Origin: Bacteriovoracia bacterium
Lineage (GTDB): Bacteria > Bdellovibrionota > Bacteriovoracia > Bacteriovoracales > Bacteriovoracaceae
Assembly (NCBI GenBank): GCA_046570105.1
Contig: JBKHVI010000012.1
Coordinates: forward strand, 1-54,673
Reading direction: 5' to 3'
DNA: 54,673 nt
Shown here: positions 1 through 10,108 of the stretch, one piece after another
Numbering within the stretch: the stretch's first letter is position 1
How the letters are laid out: each line of letters opens with the position of its first letter
Notes under the pieces: model-generated
The model's database searches: none
Told to the model about the DNA's origin: nothing
Seen by the model: only the letters and a program-made list of their open reading frames with translations
Translations under genes and position numbers: made by a program

Positions 1-493
1 GGTCAATATCTTCGATCACTTTAAATTTTGCGAGGTAATCAGAGAAAGAGCCTTTTTGTGATTTATTCCATTTGTATAAGTTGATGTTGTCTGAAATTTT
101 TTGATCAACGACACCAAGTTTAGATACAAAGTTTGATTCAACTTTCTGATTAAGCAACAGGCCGGTAAAAACGTTTAATTCTTTTTTCTTCCAAGAAGAT
201 CGCCACTTATTAATCAGGCTAATCTGAATTTCTTCGTATTGCTTCTCATCAGCAAAACAAGGTGCGTGAACATCGCGGGATTCTTCCTTGGCCGTTCCAC
301 CATTAAAATAAGCGATTGAGCTTAGTGGGGGGCGCTTTTTGTCTGCAGTCTTTTGCAGATTTTTTAGCACACTCTCGGCATTTTCTGGCGAAACGTAATA
401 TTTATCGGTTGGCTGAAGATTTTCATTGTTTTGAATTGCGAAAGCACTGGTTGCGAAAACAGCAGCTACAATGAGGGTCTTTGATCCTTTCAT
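1..493 (-). CDS. Secreted protein, 5' part only (runs off window); probable paralog of the FG-GAP/ASPIC-UnbV protein at 22292-24835
   Basis: Manual translation from ATG 493 gives MKGSKTLIVAAVFATSAFA (signal peptide), open to the window edge. Blocks AESVLKNL / FNGGTAKE / FADEKQY / KLG..W.KSQK / DYLAKF parallel the N-terminus of the 847-aa protein. Confidence 0.7.
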   Translation of the reverse strand, partial: MKGSKTLIVAAVFATSAFAIQNNENLQPTDKYYVSPENAESVLKNLQKTADKKRPPLSSIAYFNGGTAKEESRDVHAPCFADEKQYEEIQISLINKWRSSWKKKELNVFTGLLLNQKVESNFVSKLGVVDQKISDNINLYKWNKSQKGSFSDYLAKFKVIEDID

Positions 494-757
494 AACAGGC
501 CTTTTATAGGAGTAATTAATTGAAATAATCATAACATGATATAATTGGAGCCATAGTAAAAACGAGGTTGTCTAAGGCCACATCAGCCTTAAGTCTTGAT
601 TATCCGTAGGTCGTCGCAAGGCCTAAACACATAAGTGCCAACTTTTGTTTGGCAATGCTTCAAGATACTCACGTAATTCCTTCAGGTATTCCTTAACTCA
701 CTGAATCTGTAGAATAGAGCTATCGCCTGAGGCGAATTTCATGGCGTAATATATGAG

Positions 758-766
758 TGTTATAAT
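758..766 (+). promoter_or_regulatory. Extended -10 promoter element (TGnTATAAT) upstream of the methylthiotransferase-like gene
   Basis: tgtTATAAT at 758-766; GAGG RBS at ~790 before TTG 800. Confidence 0.5.
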
Positions 767-799
767 AATGCGATATAACTTGAAAGCCAGAGGTTCACT

Positions 800-2107
800 T
801 TGAGTAAAAAATATTTCATTCATTCCACTGCGGCAGGCTGCACCAGTAATCTATGGGAAAGTGCCGTTTACGATGATTATTTCAAAACCCAGGGCATGGA
901 GAGAGTTCATAAGGCCAACGATGCCGATATTTTAGTAGTTAATACATGTGCAGTTACTCCTGGCTTTGAAGATCAAAGTGAAAAATATATTAACAAAATG
1001 ATCAAAACGCAGCTCGGCCCAGACGCTGAAGACAAAAAGCTAGTGATTGCTGGATGCTACTCCGCGATACGTACCGAAAAAATTGAGGCTAATTACAAGC
1101 AAGGTGATCAAGTCTCTCATATCAAACCGGTAGAAATGGAAAAGTTGGCCAATAGTCTCGGGATACCATTTGAAAAGTCTTATAAACCAATTGAGACAAA
1201 TCACTTTGATGGAATCAATCATTGTGACTCATCTTTGGCCCATAAAATTGTATGGTACGTTCGAAAGTTAGTTCACACTGCCTATGGCATTTTGAGAATT
1301 GAAAAAAGCTATTTACTAAATTTCCTTGATGCAATGATTTTTAATGAACAGTTCTTTGTTATTGATGTTGGTCACGGATGTGCCGGTGGGTGTAGTTTTT
1401 GCTCTATAAAGCAGTCTCGTGGTTTCATTAAAAGCGAAGGCGAGAGCGTTATTCTAAAAAATGTAAAACGTGGCCTATCAGAAGGTCGTAAAGATTTTTG
1501 GTTACTTGCTACAGATATCGGAGCATGGGGCCTAGATAGAAACCAAAATCCGGGTGATCTTTTAGAGCCCATCTACAGCTTAAAAGATGACTTCCGTGTA
1601 GTGCTAAATTACCTCGAACCACGCTGGCTACTCCATCATGAATCACTCCATAAGTTCTTAAAGGACAACAGAACAATTGGTGTTGCCGTTCCAATACAAT
1701 CAGGCAGCACACGATTGGTTTATCACAGTGGACGTCGTTACGACCCCAAGATTGTCGCAGACTGTGTTATGGCGATTAAAGAAAAGAACCCACATTTGAT
1801 CGTAAAAACAGATATCATTGTTGGCCTACCCACCGAGACCTGGCATGATTTTTTTGACTCCGTAAAAGCGGTGTTCAAGTTCGATGTAGTCGTTCCAGTG
1901 GTATTTGGAGTTCGACCAGGTACAAGAGCAGAAAAAGACGATGAACATATTAGTTTGCCCATTAAATGGCTAAGGATGGGAATTCTCTCATCGGTGGCCA
2001 TTTCGTGGCAGGCCTATTTATGTGGCTCAGCTCTCATTGGAGATTTGCTCAAGGCCCTATCACCTAATGCTGCAAAACAATTAGGCATCCAGCAGAATAT
2101 CAACTGA
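800..2107 (+). CDS. MiaB/RimO/MtaB-like radical SAM methylthiotransferase-family protein, no evident TRAM domain
   Basis: UPF0004 cysteines (GCTSN, VNTCAV, IAGCY), CAGGCSFC, IQSGS, DIIVGLPTET; hydrophobic C-terminus in place of TRAM. Confidence 0.85.
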   Translation: MSKKYFIHSTAAGCTSNLWESAVYDDYFKTQGMERVHKANDADILVVNTCAVTPGFEDQSEKYINKMIKTQLGPDAEDKKLVIAGCYSAIRTEKIEANYKQGDQVSHIKPVEMEKLANSLGIPFEKSYKPIETNHFDGINHCDSSLAHKIVWYVRKLVHTAYGILRIEKSYLLNFLDAMIFNEQFFVIDVGHGCAGGCSFCSIKQSRGFIKSEGESVILKNVKRGLSEGRKDFWLLATDIGAWGLDRNQNPGDLLEPIYSLKDDFRVVLNYLEPRWLLHHESLHKFLKDNRTIGVAVPIQSGSTRLVYHSGRRYDPKIVADCVMAIKEKNPHLIVKTDIIVGLPTETWHDFFDSVKAVFKFDVVVPVVFGVRPGTRAEKDDEHISLPIKWLRMGILSSVAISWQAYLCGSALIGDLLKALSPNAAKQLGIQQNIN

Positions 2108-2935
2108 TGTATGTCCATGTTGCTGTAAATAGTTAGTCTTAACTTTTACGTCGCATGGATTGCATTTCCCATAATAGGCACAGGGACGATACTCATCTTG
2201 AATTTTGAATTCTGGGTCAAGTAAGTTTCCAATTGGATTGATGCGATTATATAAATCATGATGACACCGGAAAATATCGCCGAATGGGTCAATCAAAAGC
2301 TCCGATGTTTTGCATTTACAAGACTGAATCTTTTCTGAAAATACAGCACCAGGGTAAGCATAAGTCCCATGAAGCTTACCCTCATGGAGCCCCAAGAACT
2401 CCTTGGTTCTAAAATCGATTCCCTCGCTTTCACAGATCGCTTTCGCTCGCATGACCTCATCATACTGAGAGGGATGCAATACTCCATACAATCCCACCTT
2501 AAATCCTAGCTCCATCAGTCGTTTAACTTTGGTTTTTGTTTGATCAAAATCCATTGTCTCTGGATGATAGCTCACTCGAATTGCGGAATATGGGGCCAGA
2601 CGATTGAACTTACTTAGTGGAATATGACGGGCAAATTCATCTGGATCAAATTGAATATTTGTCAGCAGATCCATTTCAATTTCATCGGGGATCCGTTTTA
2701 CAATCTCAAAAAAATCCGGATGAATCGTTGGCTCTCCACCCTGCAAACTGAGTGGGATATTTTTCTTTGATGTAATTCTTGCTAGGCCTTTTGCCCAGTC
2801 ATCGGCCCTCAAAAGCTTACGTCCCATTTTGAGGCCAACCAGATGATTAATGCAGTAGGAGCATGAAAGATTACAGCTGAGCGTAAGAAACACTCCAATA
2901 TAACTATAGCTTTCTGGTAATTCTATTTTGTTCAT
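2081..2935 (-). CDS. Radical SAM protein with C-terminal SPASM/twitch-type domain
   Basis: CNLSCSYC, GGEPT, C-terminal C..GDIFRC..IGNL..C..C..C; likely start ATG 2935 in an ATGA overlap with the upstream stop. Confidence 0.85.
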   Translation of the reverse strand: MNKIELPESYSYIGVFLTLSCNLSCSYCINHLVGLKMGRKLLRADDWAKGLARITSKKNIPLSLQGGEPTIHPDFFEIVKRIPDEIEMDLLTNIQFDPDEFARHIPLSKFNRLAPYSAIRVSYHPETMDFDQTKTKVKRLMELGFKVGLYGVLHPSQYDEVMRAKAICESEGIDFRTKEFLGLHEGKLHGTYAYPGAVFSEKIQSCKCKTSELLIDPFGDIFRCHHDLYNRINPIGNLLDPEFKIQDEYRPCAYYGKCNPCDVKVKTNYLQQHGHTSVDILLDA

Positions 2936-3759
2936 TTGCGTACCAAAACTTGTAAGCGATTTCCACGACGAGTGATACGAGCTAGCCTCCAAAGGCCCTG
3001 ACGGATAAAACTTGGACCTCCTTGCTCATAATATCGAATGACCCCCTGTATACCAGTCCAAGAGCCAATCGTCTCCATGCCTACTTTATGGGTCAATCTT
3101 CTCATCGTCGCTGGATTAAACTGCCATAAATGATGGGGAAGACCTAATGTGTCCCCAAAAGGGTATTTCAACCCAACGACATTGGGAACTTGAATATAGA
3201 GCAATCCACCTGGCATAAGAAGGTCGCTGCATTTCTTTAGTACGGCATAGGGATCTTCAACATGCTCGAGCACATCACACATCGTAATGACTGAGAATTT
3301 TTTTTCTGTTTTAAAATTTTGAATGCTTACTAATTCAATTTCAAGCCCTTCACTCTGAGAAGATAAAAATGCTTTTTTCTCAATCTCGATTCCAAAATTT
3401 TTTTGATTTTTTGATACTAAAAACTTTTGCCAAAGACCATATCCACTACCTACGTCTAGCCATGGCCCCTCAATAACAAGATTTCTTTTTATTTTCTGAA
3501 AACGCTCATTGAAAAAGTGATTAAAAACATCAGCATGCTTCTTAAAATATTCGGGATAACCCCAATATTCGACCTTCCCCTCTTTGTCATCAGCAGCATC
3601 AGCAAGAAAGTCCTCAGCGGGAATCGCAACATGACTTAAGCGTATGAGTCGACACTCTTGGCACTTGAGTAATTCAAAACCATCAATCTTTTTAAAGACT
3701 TTCGCAGGGGTGTTGGCACCACAGATACAGCACACAAGAGATTTAGATGAAATTGACAT
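2932..3759 (-). CDS. Class I SAM-dependent methyltransferase with N-terminal Zn-ribbon
   Basis: CxxC...CxxC N-terminus, LDVGSGYG, DVLEHVEDP, LMPGGLLYIQVPN. Confidence 0.85.
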   Translation of the reverse strand: MSISSKSLVCCICGANTPAKVFKKIDGFELLKCQECRLIRLSHVAIPAEDFLADAADDKEGKVEYWGYPEYFKKHADVFNHFFNERFQKIKRNLVIEGPWLDVGSGYGLWQKFLVSKNQKNFGIEIEKKAFLSSQSEGLEIELVSIQNFKTEKKFSVITMCDVLEHVEDPYAVLKKCSDLLMPGGLLYIQVPNVVGLKYPFGDTLGLPHHLWQFNPATMRRLTHKVGMETIGSWTGIQGVIRYYEQGGPSFIRQGLWRLARITRRGNRLQVLVRK

Positions 3760-4804
3760 GTGCGGGCTGATCGTGAATTTTCCAGAGAAATTGATTCGTG
3801 GAATGATGACGACAATAACTAATACAATTTTTTACATTAATCTCGTCTTCGATTTTTTTTGTTACCTGCTGAATACGATCTCCCGTAAATATCTCTTCAA
3901 AACTTTGTGTGTGTAGATCTCCGTAACAGAACTGAGGGTCTTTAAAAAACTGACTGCATGGATATATTTTACCGTCGGCCAAGATTTGAGTGATAAAAGG
4001 TGTTCCGAGACAACGCTTATATCCACGAGTACAATCGTTGTCCGAAAAATTGTTCCAACGAACGATCACTTTAAACTTATCATCACTCAATGTTTCGGCT
4101 CTCTTGAGTTCATCTATGGATTGTAAGTACAAGTCCTCCGGGACATCGTAATGATTATTCGGGTGCTTACTAAAACGTTTTACAACGTAATAATCAACTC
4201 CAAGTTCTTTTGAAAGTTTCGCCGTTTCATACACATCTCGGTAATTTTCATTAATCAGGATCTGCTGTGTTCCCAGAGTAACATTAAGTTTTTTGTCTCT
4301 TTTGACTTTTACCGCTTCCTGCACATTTTTAGTCGCACGCTCATAGTCGGTGCGGTGACCTTTATGAATCTCCTGATAGAGGCTGGGGTTTGAAGCTTGA
4401 AAAGTAAATCTGGCCCAGGTCAGGTGAGGCATTATGGCCTCTGACATTTCTTTCGTCAGCAACACGGCATTACTATTAATCGCCATATCTACGCCGTTAC
4501 GATGAGCTTTTTGAATCATCGAAACAATTCCCTTGTTTGCTGTTGGCTCACCCTCGCCTGCCAAAAGGACACTTTTCACTCCCAATTTGCCAAATTCATC
4601 GGCAAGAGAATCCATAATGCTCTCATCCAAGAAACCAGCTTTGTGACCGAGGTAATCGACATAGCAAAGGTTGCAACGTTGATTGCATCCACTTGTAGGG
4701 CTAATTTCCGCATGAATTGGAAAAAACTTTTCACCTTTCTTCCATTTCTCCACAACGGGCAGATGATGAATGAGTTTTGATCCGTCTAAAAAAAGTTCAG
4801 CCAT
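3743..4804 (-). CDS. Radical SAM/SPASM(twitch) protein, paralog A
   Basis: CNQRCNLC, GEGEPT, C-terminal C...DGKIYPC...YGDL...C..C. Confidence 0.9.
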   Translation of the reverse strand: MAELFLDGSKLIHHLPVVEKWKKGEKFFPIHAEISPTSGCNQRCNLCYVDYLGHKAGFLDESIMDSLADEFGKLGVKSVLLAGEGEPTANKGIVSMIQKAHRNGVDMAINSNAVLLTKEMSEAIMPHLTWARFTFQASNPSLYQEIHKGHRTDYERATKNVQEAVKVKRDKKLNVTLGTQQILINENYRDVYETAKLSKELGVDYYVVKRFSKHPNNHYDVPEDLYLQSIDELKRAETLSDDKFKVIVRWNNFSDNDCTRGYKRCLGTPFITQILADGKIYPCSQFFKDPQFCYGDLHTQSFEEIFTGDRIQQVTKKIEDEINVKNCISYCRHHSTNQFLWKIHDQPAHVNFI

Positions 4805-4812
4805 ATTTTATC

Positions 4813-5874
4813 CTAGATATAGTTCACATGCTGTGGTGGCGTTTTAATTTGCCATAAAAATTCATTTACTGAATTTGGACGACAAAAAGGCATACACTTC
4901 GATACATCCACATTGCAACGCACGTGTTTTCTTACGGCAAGAGCTCTGTCTGAATTCCAGAATTCTCCAAAAGAAGTTTTCATGACATTTCCAAGCTTGT
5001 GACTTTCATCTCCAATGTATGGGCCACAACTATACACATCACCTAGCGCATCAATCTCGATCATAAAATCAGTTGAGAGGCATTGTTTATAACTTCTCTC
5101 AAATTTATCCAAAAAGAGAGTTTTCCTTAAAACAAAATTAAATTCACTTCCAGATATCTGTTTCCCAAAATCAATTAGGTCATCCAGTACCTGGTCGAGA
5201 TTTTCAATCGTGTCATCGAACTTAATTTCTGGATGTTTCAAAAAAGGTTTTATTGATAAGTAATCAACACCGATGGATTTTACAAGTTCTGCCAATTGCT
5301 TGATCTCATTTTGATTATGACTCAGAAGTACGCACTGTACCCCAATCGTAATTGGGGATCCGGTAAGTTTCTTTTCTGCTACTAGTTTTTTAAGATTTTC
5401 CACAACTGCATCGAAATCGCTCGCTTGAGTGCCGTGGATGTGAGCATAGTTCTCCCTCGTTCCAGCATTCATACTTATTCGTATAAAAGATAGATCGCGG
5501 GCAAAGATAGGAATATTTTTAGCGTTTAATAAACGACCATTGCTATTAAGAGCAATATCAATACCAGCGGCCCTTGTAGCTGCAATCATTTCATGACAGC
5601 TCTTGTTCAATAATGGATCACCATCTCCCGCAAAAAAAACTGATCGTACACCTGCCATTTTCCATTCTTTTACCATTTCTTGGTATCTATCCAAGGGAAA
5701 GAATATCGGCTTGAATTCTTTGTAATGATAAACGCAGAAGATGCAGTGATGATTACAGTAACTGGTAGGGCTAAATGCAACATACACAGGTGTCGTGCTA
5801 CCTGTTTTTGTCCATTCATTGACTCGGTCGAGGTGATGGATCAGTTTATTTCCATCAAGCTGAAGATTGGTCAT
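4813..5874 (-). CDS. Radical SAM/SPASM(twitch) protein, paralog B
   Basis: CNHHCIFC, GDGDPL, GDVYSC..LGN; start ATG 5874 (GAGGA RBS) gives 353 aa, the same length as paralog A. Confidence 0.9.
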   Translation of the reverse strand: MTNLQLDGNKLIHHLDRVNEWTKTGSTTPVYVAFSPTSYCNHHCIFCVYHYKEFKPIFFPLDRYQEMVKEWKMAGVRSVFFAGDGDPLLNKSCHEMIAATRAAGIDIALNSNGRLLNAKNIPIFARDLSFIRISMNAGTRENYAHIHGTQASDFDAVVENLKKLVAEKKLTGSPITIGVQCVLLSHNQNEIKQLAELVKSIGVDYLSIKPFLKHPEIKFDDTIENLDQVLDDLIDFGKQISGSEFNFVLRKTLFLDKFERSYKQCLSTDFMIEIDALGDVYSCGPYIGDESHKLGNVMKTSFGEFWNSDRALAVRKHVRCNVDVSKCMPFCRPNSVNEFLWQIKTPPQHVNYI

Positions 5875-6796
5875 TACTTCCTCTAAGCAAACTCCTGAGG
5901 CTACCCACAACCTCATCTACACTCAGGGATTTCATGCAATGAATGATATTATGGCACTCAGCTTTATAGCAAGGCGGGCATGCAAACGCTGATCTTTCAG
6001 ATTCACTCAGTGCAATACCTTGTCCCAGATGAATTTCTCTTGAGGATGTTGGGCCAAATAGGGCCAAAATTTGCTTATCCAGGGCGCACGCAATGTGCAG
6101 CCCTAAGCTGTCATGAGTCACAAGCACTTGAACTGAATTAATCCAATTCAAATATTGGGACAAATCATCAAAACCCTCCTGCCAAGTAACGCTATGCAAA
6201 GAGCCAAGTTGGGTACTGAGCATTTTCCAGTTTTCTTGTGGCCAACTTTTTGTTGGCCACTTCACCCCAACCTGCCAATTGAGACCAATCGCAAAACGAT
6301 TTTCCTGAGATTGGTTCAGTCTGGTTTTTGAGATAAGATAATTTTCGCCCTTCCATTCACGCCCTAACAACAGATAGAGCTTTTCGCTCCAATTCTTTTG
6401 CAATACCGCTGGTTGGGCTAACCACTCTTCCAGCATCACTCCCTCTTGAGAGTTATGAAAACACAGCTCCCCATGCATGCCACGAAATCCCACAATTTTA
6501 TGTGGCGGAATGAGTTGGATAGCTCGAAGAATTGTCTCGTCTCGCTCGAGATTTATAATGAGATCATACTCATCAAAGGCTACCGTCGAGAGGTCTTGAT
6601 GCAGGACTTTAATAGCTGGAATGCCATCCAAAAGTAAGAATGCAGCGGAATGTGTCAGCCATGACACAGAATGTTCCTTTAGGGCATGCAAGATGACAGT
6701 GCTTCGCAATACATCACCAAGACTCACAACGCCTTGATGAGCATTTGCTCGATCAAAAGTTTCCGTCAAACCCGTTTTAATTATGAGGACATTCAT
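5855..6796 (-). CDS. Glycosyltransferase family 9 (heptosyltransferase-like)
   Basis: SLGDVLRST, K.WP, HDSLGLHIACAL, LFGPT, C.PC...C; start uncertain (6796/6808/6835). Confidence 0.85.
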   Translation of the reverse strand: MNVLIIKTGLTETFDRANAHQGVVSLGDVLRSTVILHALKEHSVSWLTHSAAFLLLDGIPAIKVLHQDLSTVAFDEYDLIINLERDETILRAIQLIPPHKIVGFRGMHGELCFHNSQEGVMLEEWLAQPAVLQKNWSEKLYLLLGREWKGENYLISKTRLNQSQENRFAIGLNWQVGVKWPTKSWPQENWKMLSTQLGSLHSVTWQEGFDDLSQYLNWINSVQVLVTHDSLGLHIACALDKQILALFGPTSSREIHLGQGIALSESERSAFACPPCYKAECHNIIHCMKSLSVDEVVGSLRSLLRGSNDQSSA

Positions 6797-6847
6797 TCGA
6801 ATCTTCATTGCTAGAATCCCGCTAGCAGCAATCATATTCCACCCTCA

Positions 6848-7264
6848 ATGGACATGACAAACTCCCTAAACGACAAGGATAATAACTGGATGCAAATGGA
6901 CCTTATTGATTTTTCAAAGCTCAAAAGTCGATTAGACCATCAAGGTGAAATACAACTTAACGTCGCATCAGATTCGATGCACCCCGTACTTAAAGTGGGA
7001 CAGCTCATCACCGTGAAACCATCTCCCAGCTCGAGTCTTTGTAAGTTTGATATCATCGTTTTTTGGGGACAAGGAAAACTCATGAGCCACTTCCTATGGG
7101 CTAAACAGTGGGACGAAAGGGATAAAAACTTTGTCTTTATCACGAAGTCACTCAAGGAACCTACGTCACATGACTTACCCATCAAGGAAAACCTAATACT
7201 TGGAATCGTTGATTCGAAAATTTCAACTTTTTCTAAGATTTGTATATGGTTGAGGAATATTTAG
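6848..7264 (+). CDS. S24/S26-family (signal-peptidase-like) peptidase without N-terminal TM anchor
   Basis: SDSMHPVLKVG, DIIVF, SH, FITK, ILGIV pattern; real start may be 6890. Confidence 0.65.
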   Translation: MDMTNSLNDKDNNWMQMDLIDFSKLKSRLDHQGEIQLNVASDSMHPVLKVGQLITVKPSPSSSLCKFDIIVFWGQGKLMSHFLWAKQWDERDKNFVFITKSLKEPTSHDLPIKENLILGIVDSKISTFSKICIWLRNI

Positions 7265-7265
7265 A

Positions 7266-8033
7266 ATGACTGGTTTCGCATTAAATTGGCAGCAGATTAA
7301 AGTTTTAACTTTTGCCAACATGAAAGCTCGCTATCGCAAAACGTTTATTGGGTTTGTTTGGGTCGTGCTCAATCCGATTTTAATGTTTTCTGTGCAGGCA
7401 CTCGTTTTCAAAAAATTTTTGCAAATTGATCACCCCGATTATTATCTGTTTCTACTAGGTGGCCTGCTACCCTGGATATTCATTAATTCAGCCTGGGAAA
7501 CTTGCACCACGACCATTGCCAACTCTTCTCAGGTCATTAAAAGTTTTCAAATATCGCCATTCGTTATTCTGGCTTCGGCGCTACTAGATTGCTTTGTAAA
7601 TTTTGCTGCGGCATTTTTAATAATGGTAATCCCAACCCTAATGATTTCACAGAAAATTTCAGCGAGCCTTTTTTTACTTCCTATTTCTGTTGGAATTCTA
7701 GTCTTGTTTACCGTGGCCTCAACCACACTCTTTTCGGTTTTACATGTTTTTTACAGAGACATTAAATACGTAACTCATTTTGCTATGAGCTTACTATTTT
7801 TCCTGACACCCATCTTTTATCCTCCGGACTATGTGCCTCACTCTCTCCAATGGATAATAAATTTAAATCCTATCTATTTGATCATTGCACCTTTCCGCAG
7901 CGCTCTCTATGGCGGATCAATGCAAGAAATCTTAGCTTTTCAATTCAAGGGCCTACTACTTAGCTTGATATTCCTAGGGCTCTTTCTAAAACTCTGGCAA
8001 AAGAAGAAAAATGAACTCTTCCTTAAGCTCTAG
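7266..8033 (+). CDS. ABC-2 type polysaccharide export permease (Wzm-like)
   Basis: KARYRKTFIGFVWVVLNP, YRDI, FFLTPIFYP, NP; multiple TM helices. Confidence 0.9.
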   Translation: MTGFALNWQQIKVLTFANMKARYRKTFIGFVWVVLNPILMFSVQALVFKKFLQIDHPDYYLFLLGGLLPWIFINSAWETCTTTIANSSQVIKSFQISPFVILASALLDCFVNFAAAFLIMVIPTLMISQKISASLFLLPISVGILVLFTVASTTLFSVLHVFYRDIKYVTHFAMSLLFFLTPIFYPPDYVPHSLQWIINLNPIYLIIAPFRSALYGGSMQEILAFQFKGLLLSLIFLGLFLKLWQKKKNELFLKL

Positions 8034-8787
8034 TTACATTGCAAGAGTTGAGGGACTTCATCTCTCGTATATGATTGATCGCTATACGAATCAATCAGTA
8101 CGAGACCTCTTTATCAACCTCGCATCATCCCCACTCAAAACATTGAGTGCCAAAGAGAAGTATTATCACGTTCTAAAAGATATCAACTTAGAAATAAAAC
8201 ACGGTGATAGGTTAGGCCTACTGGGAGTCAACGGCGCAGGCAAAACCAGTCTATGCCGGTGCCTCGCAGGCATGATTACACCACAAGCTGGCAGCATTAG
8301 AATTAACGGAAACACGCGTGCAATTTTTGATACTGGCGTCGGCATTATACCCGAGTTAACAGGTCGCGAGAATGCTGAAGTCATCTGCTCCCTCATCTAC
8401 CCCGACATCAGTACGACAGAACGTAATCAGATTGTTGATGACGCCCTCGAGTTCAGTGAATTAGGTGAGTTCTTGGATGTGCCATTTCTTAAATACAGCA
8501 AAGGTATGCAGGCACGCTTAAGTCTTTCACTCATTTCTGCGAGAGGTTGCGACCTACTCATTCTTGACGAAGTTTATGATGGAGCCGATGTCTTCTTTCA
8601 AGAGAAAGTTTCTGCTAGAGTTATGCGGATGATTGAAAATTCAGGAGCTGTACTTTTTGTCTCTCATTCGATTGAGCAAATTAAAAAGACCTGTAATCGT
8701 TTGCTTATTCTCAATGAAGCAAAAATCATTTTTGACGGTGACGTAAGTGATGGCGTGAAGCATTATTTGAGCCTTACAAGAAATTGA
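8011..8787 (+). CDS. ABC polysaccharide export ATPase (Wzt-like, no C-terminal carbohydrate-binding domain)
   Basis: Walker A GVNGAGKT, LTGREN, YSKGMQARL, LILDE, VSH. Confidence 0.9.
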   Translation: MNSSLSSSYIARVEGLHLSYMIDRYTNQSVRDLFINLASSPLKTLSAKEKYYHVLKDINLEIKHGDRLGLLGVNGAGKTSLCRCLAGMITPQAGSIRINGNTRAIFDTGVGIIPELTGRENAEVICSLIYPDISTTERNQIVDDALEFSELGEFLDVPFLKYSKGMQARLSLSLISARGCDLLILDEVYDGADVFFQEKVSARVMRMIENSGAVLFVSHSIEQIKKTCNRLLILNEAKIIFDGDVSDGVKHYLSLTRN

Positions 8788-8818
8788 ATAAAGTTATCAA
8801 ATACGGAATAATAGTTTT

Positions 8819-10108
8819 ATGAAAGATGTCATCCTAATTAGGGCGCAACAAGAATCTGACTGGGTTAGCTGCAAAAGTATTGTAAGCAACCTGGAATCTG
8901 CTTATAACCAGGCGACAGATCTAAAAGTTAGCTCGATTATCTATTACAATAGCGGACTAGATGATTATCAATTACATCTTTTAGCCAAAAAAATAGTTCA
9001 AATTGCCGCCAGCCAAATTGTTTTCATAGATCACAAACCACATCCTGGTCGACTCGTTTCAGAAATTTTTAAAATTTCACCGAACTATCGTCCTCAATTA
9101 ACTTTTCATATTTTTGGCGATTTCGTTTTAGACTCCGCGGCTTGGCAAGATAACAACATTCTATTGCAGAATTATCCAGTACGCTTCGTGTGCGCGTCCG
9201 AAAAACAAAAAAATCTTCTCGATAGTTTTTTAAATTCACCCCAATCAACTTCTATTGTTCCTTTTCCTGTTCAACAGGATTTATTCTACTTTGATGCAAA
9301 AGAGCGTTCAGAAGTCAGACAACAACTTGGGTTATCAGAGACCGATTTTCTTTTTTTATACACAGGCCGAGCGTCTTTACAAAAAAACGTCCTCGAACTT
9401 ACCAAAGCAATGATGAATTGTTCGAAGCTTGTAGGAGAGAGCCTGCACTTTTATTTTGCTGGCCCCTTTGATGACTTATGTATCCCCTACAAGGGATATG
9501 AGAACCCTCCTGGAGTTTACTTCCAACGATGGAGAAAACTATCCACCAGCATTGGACACAATCGGATCCGCTACATTAATAATTTATCTGCAAACGAACT
9601 CCGCCGAATATGCAATGCTGCAGATTGCTTCATTAGCTTAAGCACACATAATGATGAAGATTTCGGAATGTCCCCTGCAGAAGCGCTCATGTGCGGACTG
9701 CAGACAATTCTTAGTGATTGGGGGGGGTATGGGGGGTTCAAAAAAATTATGCCTGAATTCACACAACTTCTTCCTGTCAGTCACCAAACAATGAGAATTT
9801 TGCCGGATTTGGCACAAGTTCAAAAAAAGATTCTTATGACGTATGGCTGCAGTCTCACTTCCGATCAACGTGAGCAGTTAGCAAAAACATCTGCAGCAAC
9901 TCTTTCCGTTGAGACTGTCTCCAAAATGCTTACCAAACAAGTTATAGCTAATCAGCAAGAGAGCTTTAAAGGCTTTAATCCACATTTTACAAAACTTGCC
10001 TTTGTCTTTAAGTCCAACCCTAAAGCACCATTTGTTGCTGGCCGTGGCGACTATTCTGACTATTACTTTAAAATATATCGGCCCTACTTTCAGGAAACAG
10101 TATTATGA
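8819..10108 (+). CDS. Glycosyltransferase family 4 (GT-B)
   Basis: YTGRASLQKN, EDFGMSPAEAL, LSDWGG. Confidence 0.8.
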   Translation: MKDVILIRAQQESDWVSCKSIVSNLESAYNQATDLKVSSIIYYNSGLDDYQLHLLAKKIVQIAASQIVFIDHKPHPGRLVSEIFKISPNYRPQLTFHIFGDFVLDSAAWQDNNILLQNYPVRFVCASEKQKNLLDSFLNSPQSTSIVPFPVQQDLFYFDAKERSEVRQQLGLSETDFLFLYTGRASLQKNVLELTKAMMNCSKLVGESLHFYFAGPFDDLCIPYKGYENPPGVYFQRWRKLSTSIGHNRIRYINNLSANELRRICNAADCFISLSTHNDEDFGMSPAEALMCGLQTILSDWGGYGGFKKIMPEFTQLLPVSHQTMRILPDLAQVQKKILMTYGCSLTSDQREQLAKTSAATLSVETVSKMLTKQVIANQQESFKGFNPHFTKLAFVFKSNPKAPFVAGRGDYSDYYFKIYRPYFQETVL

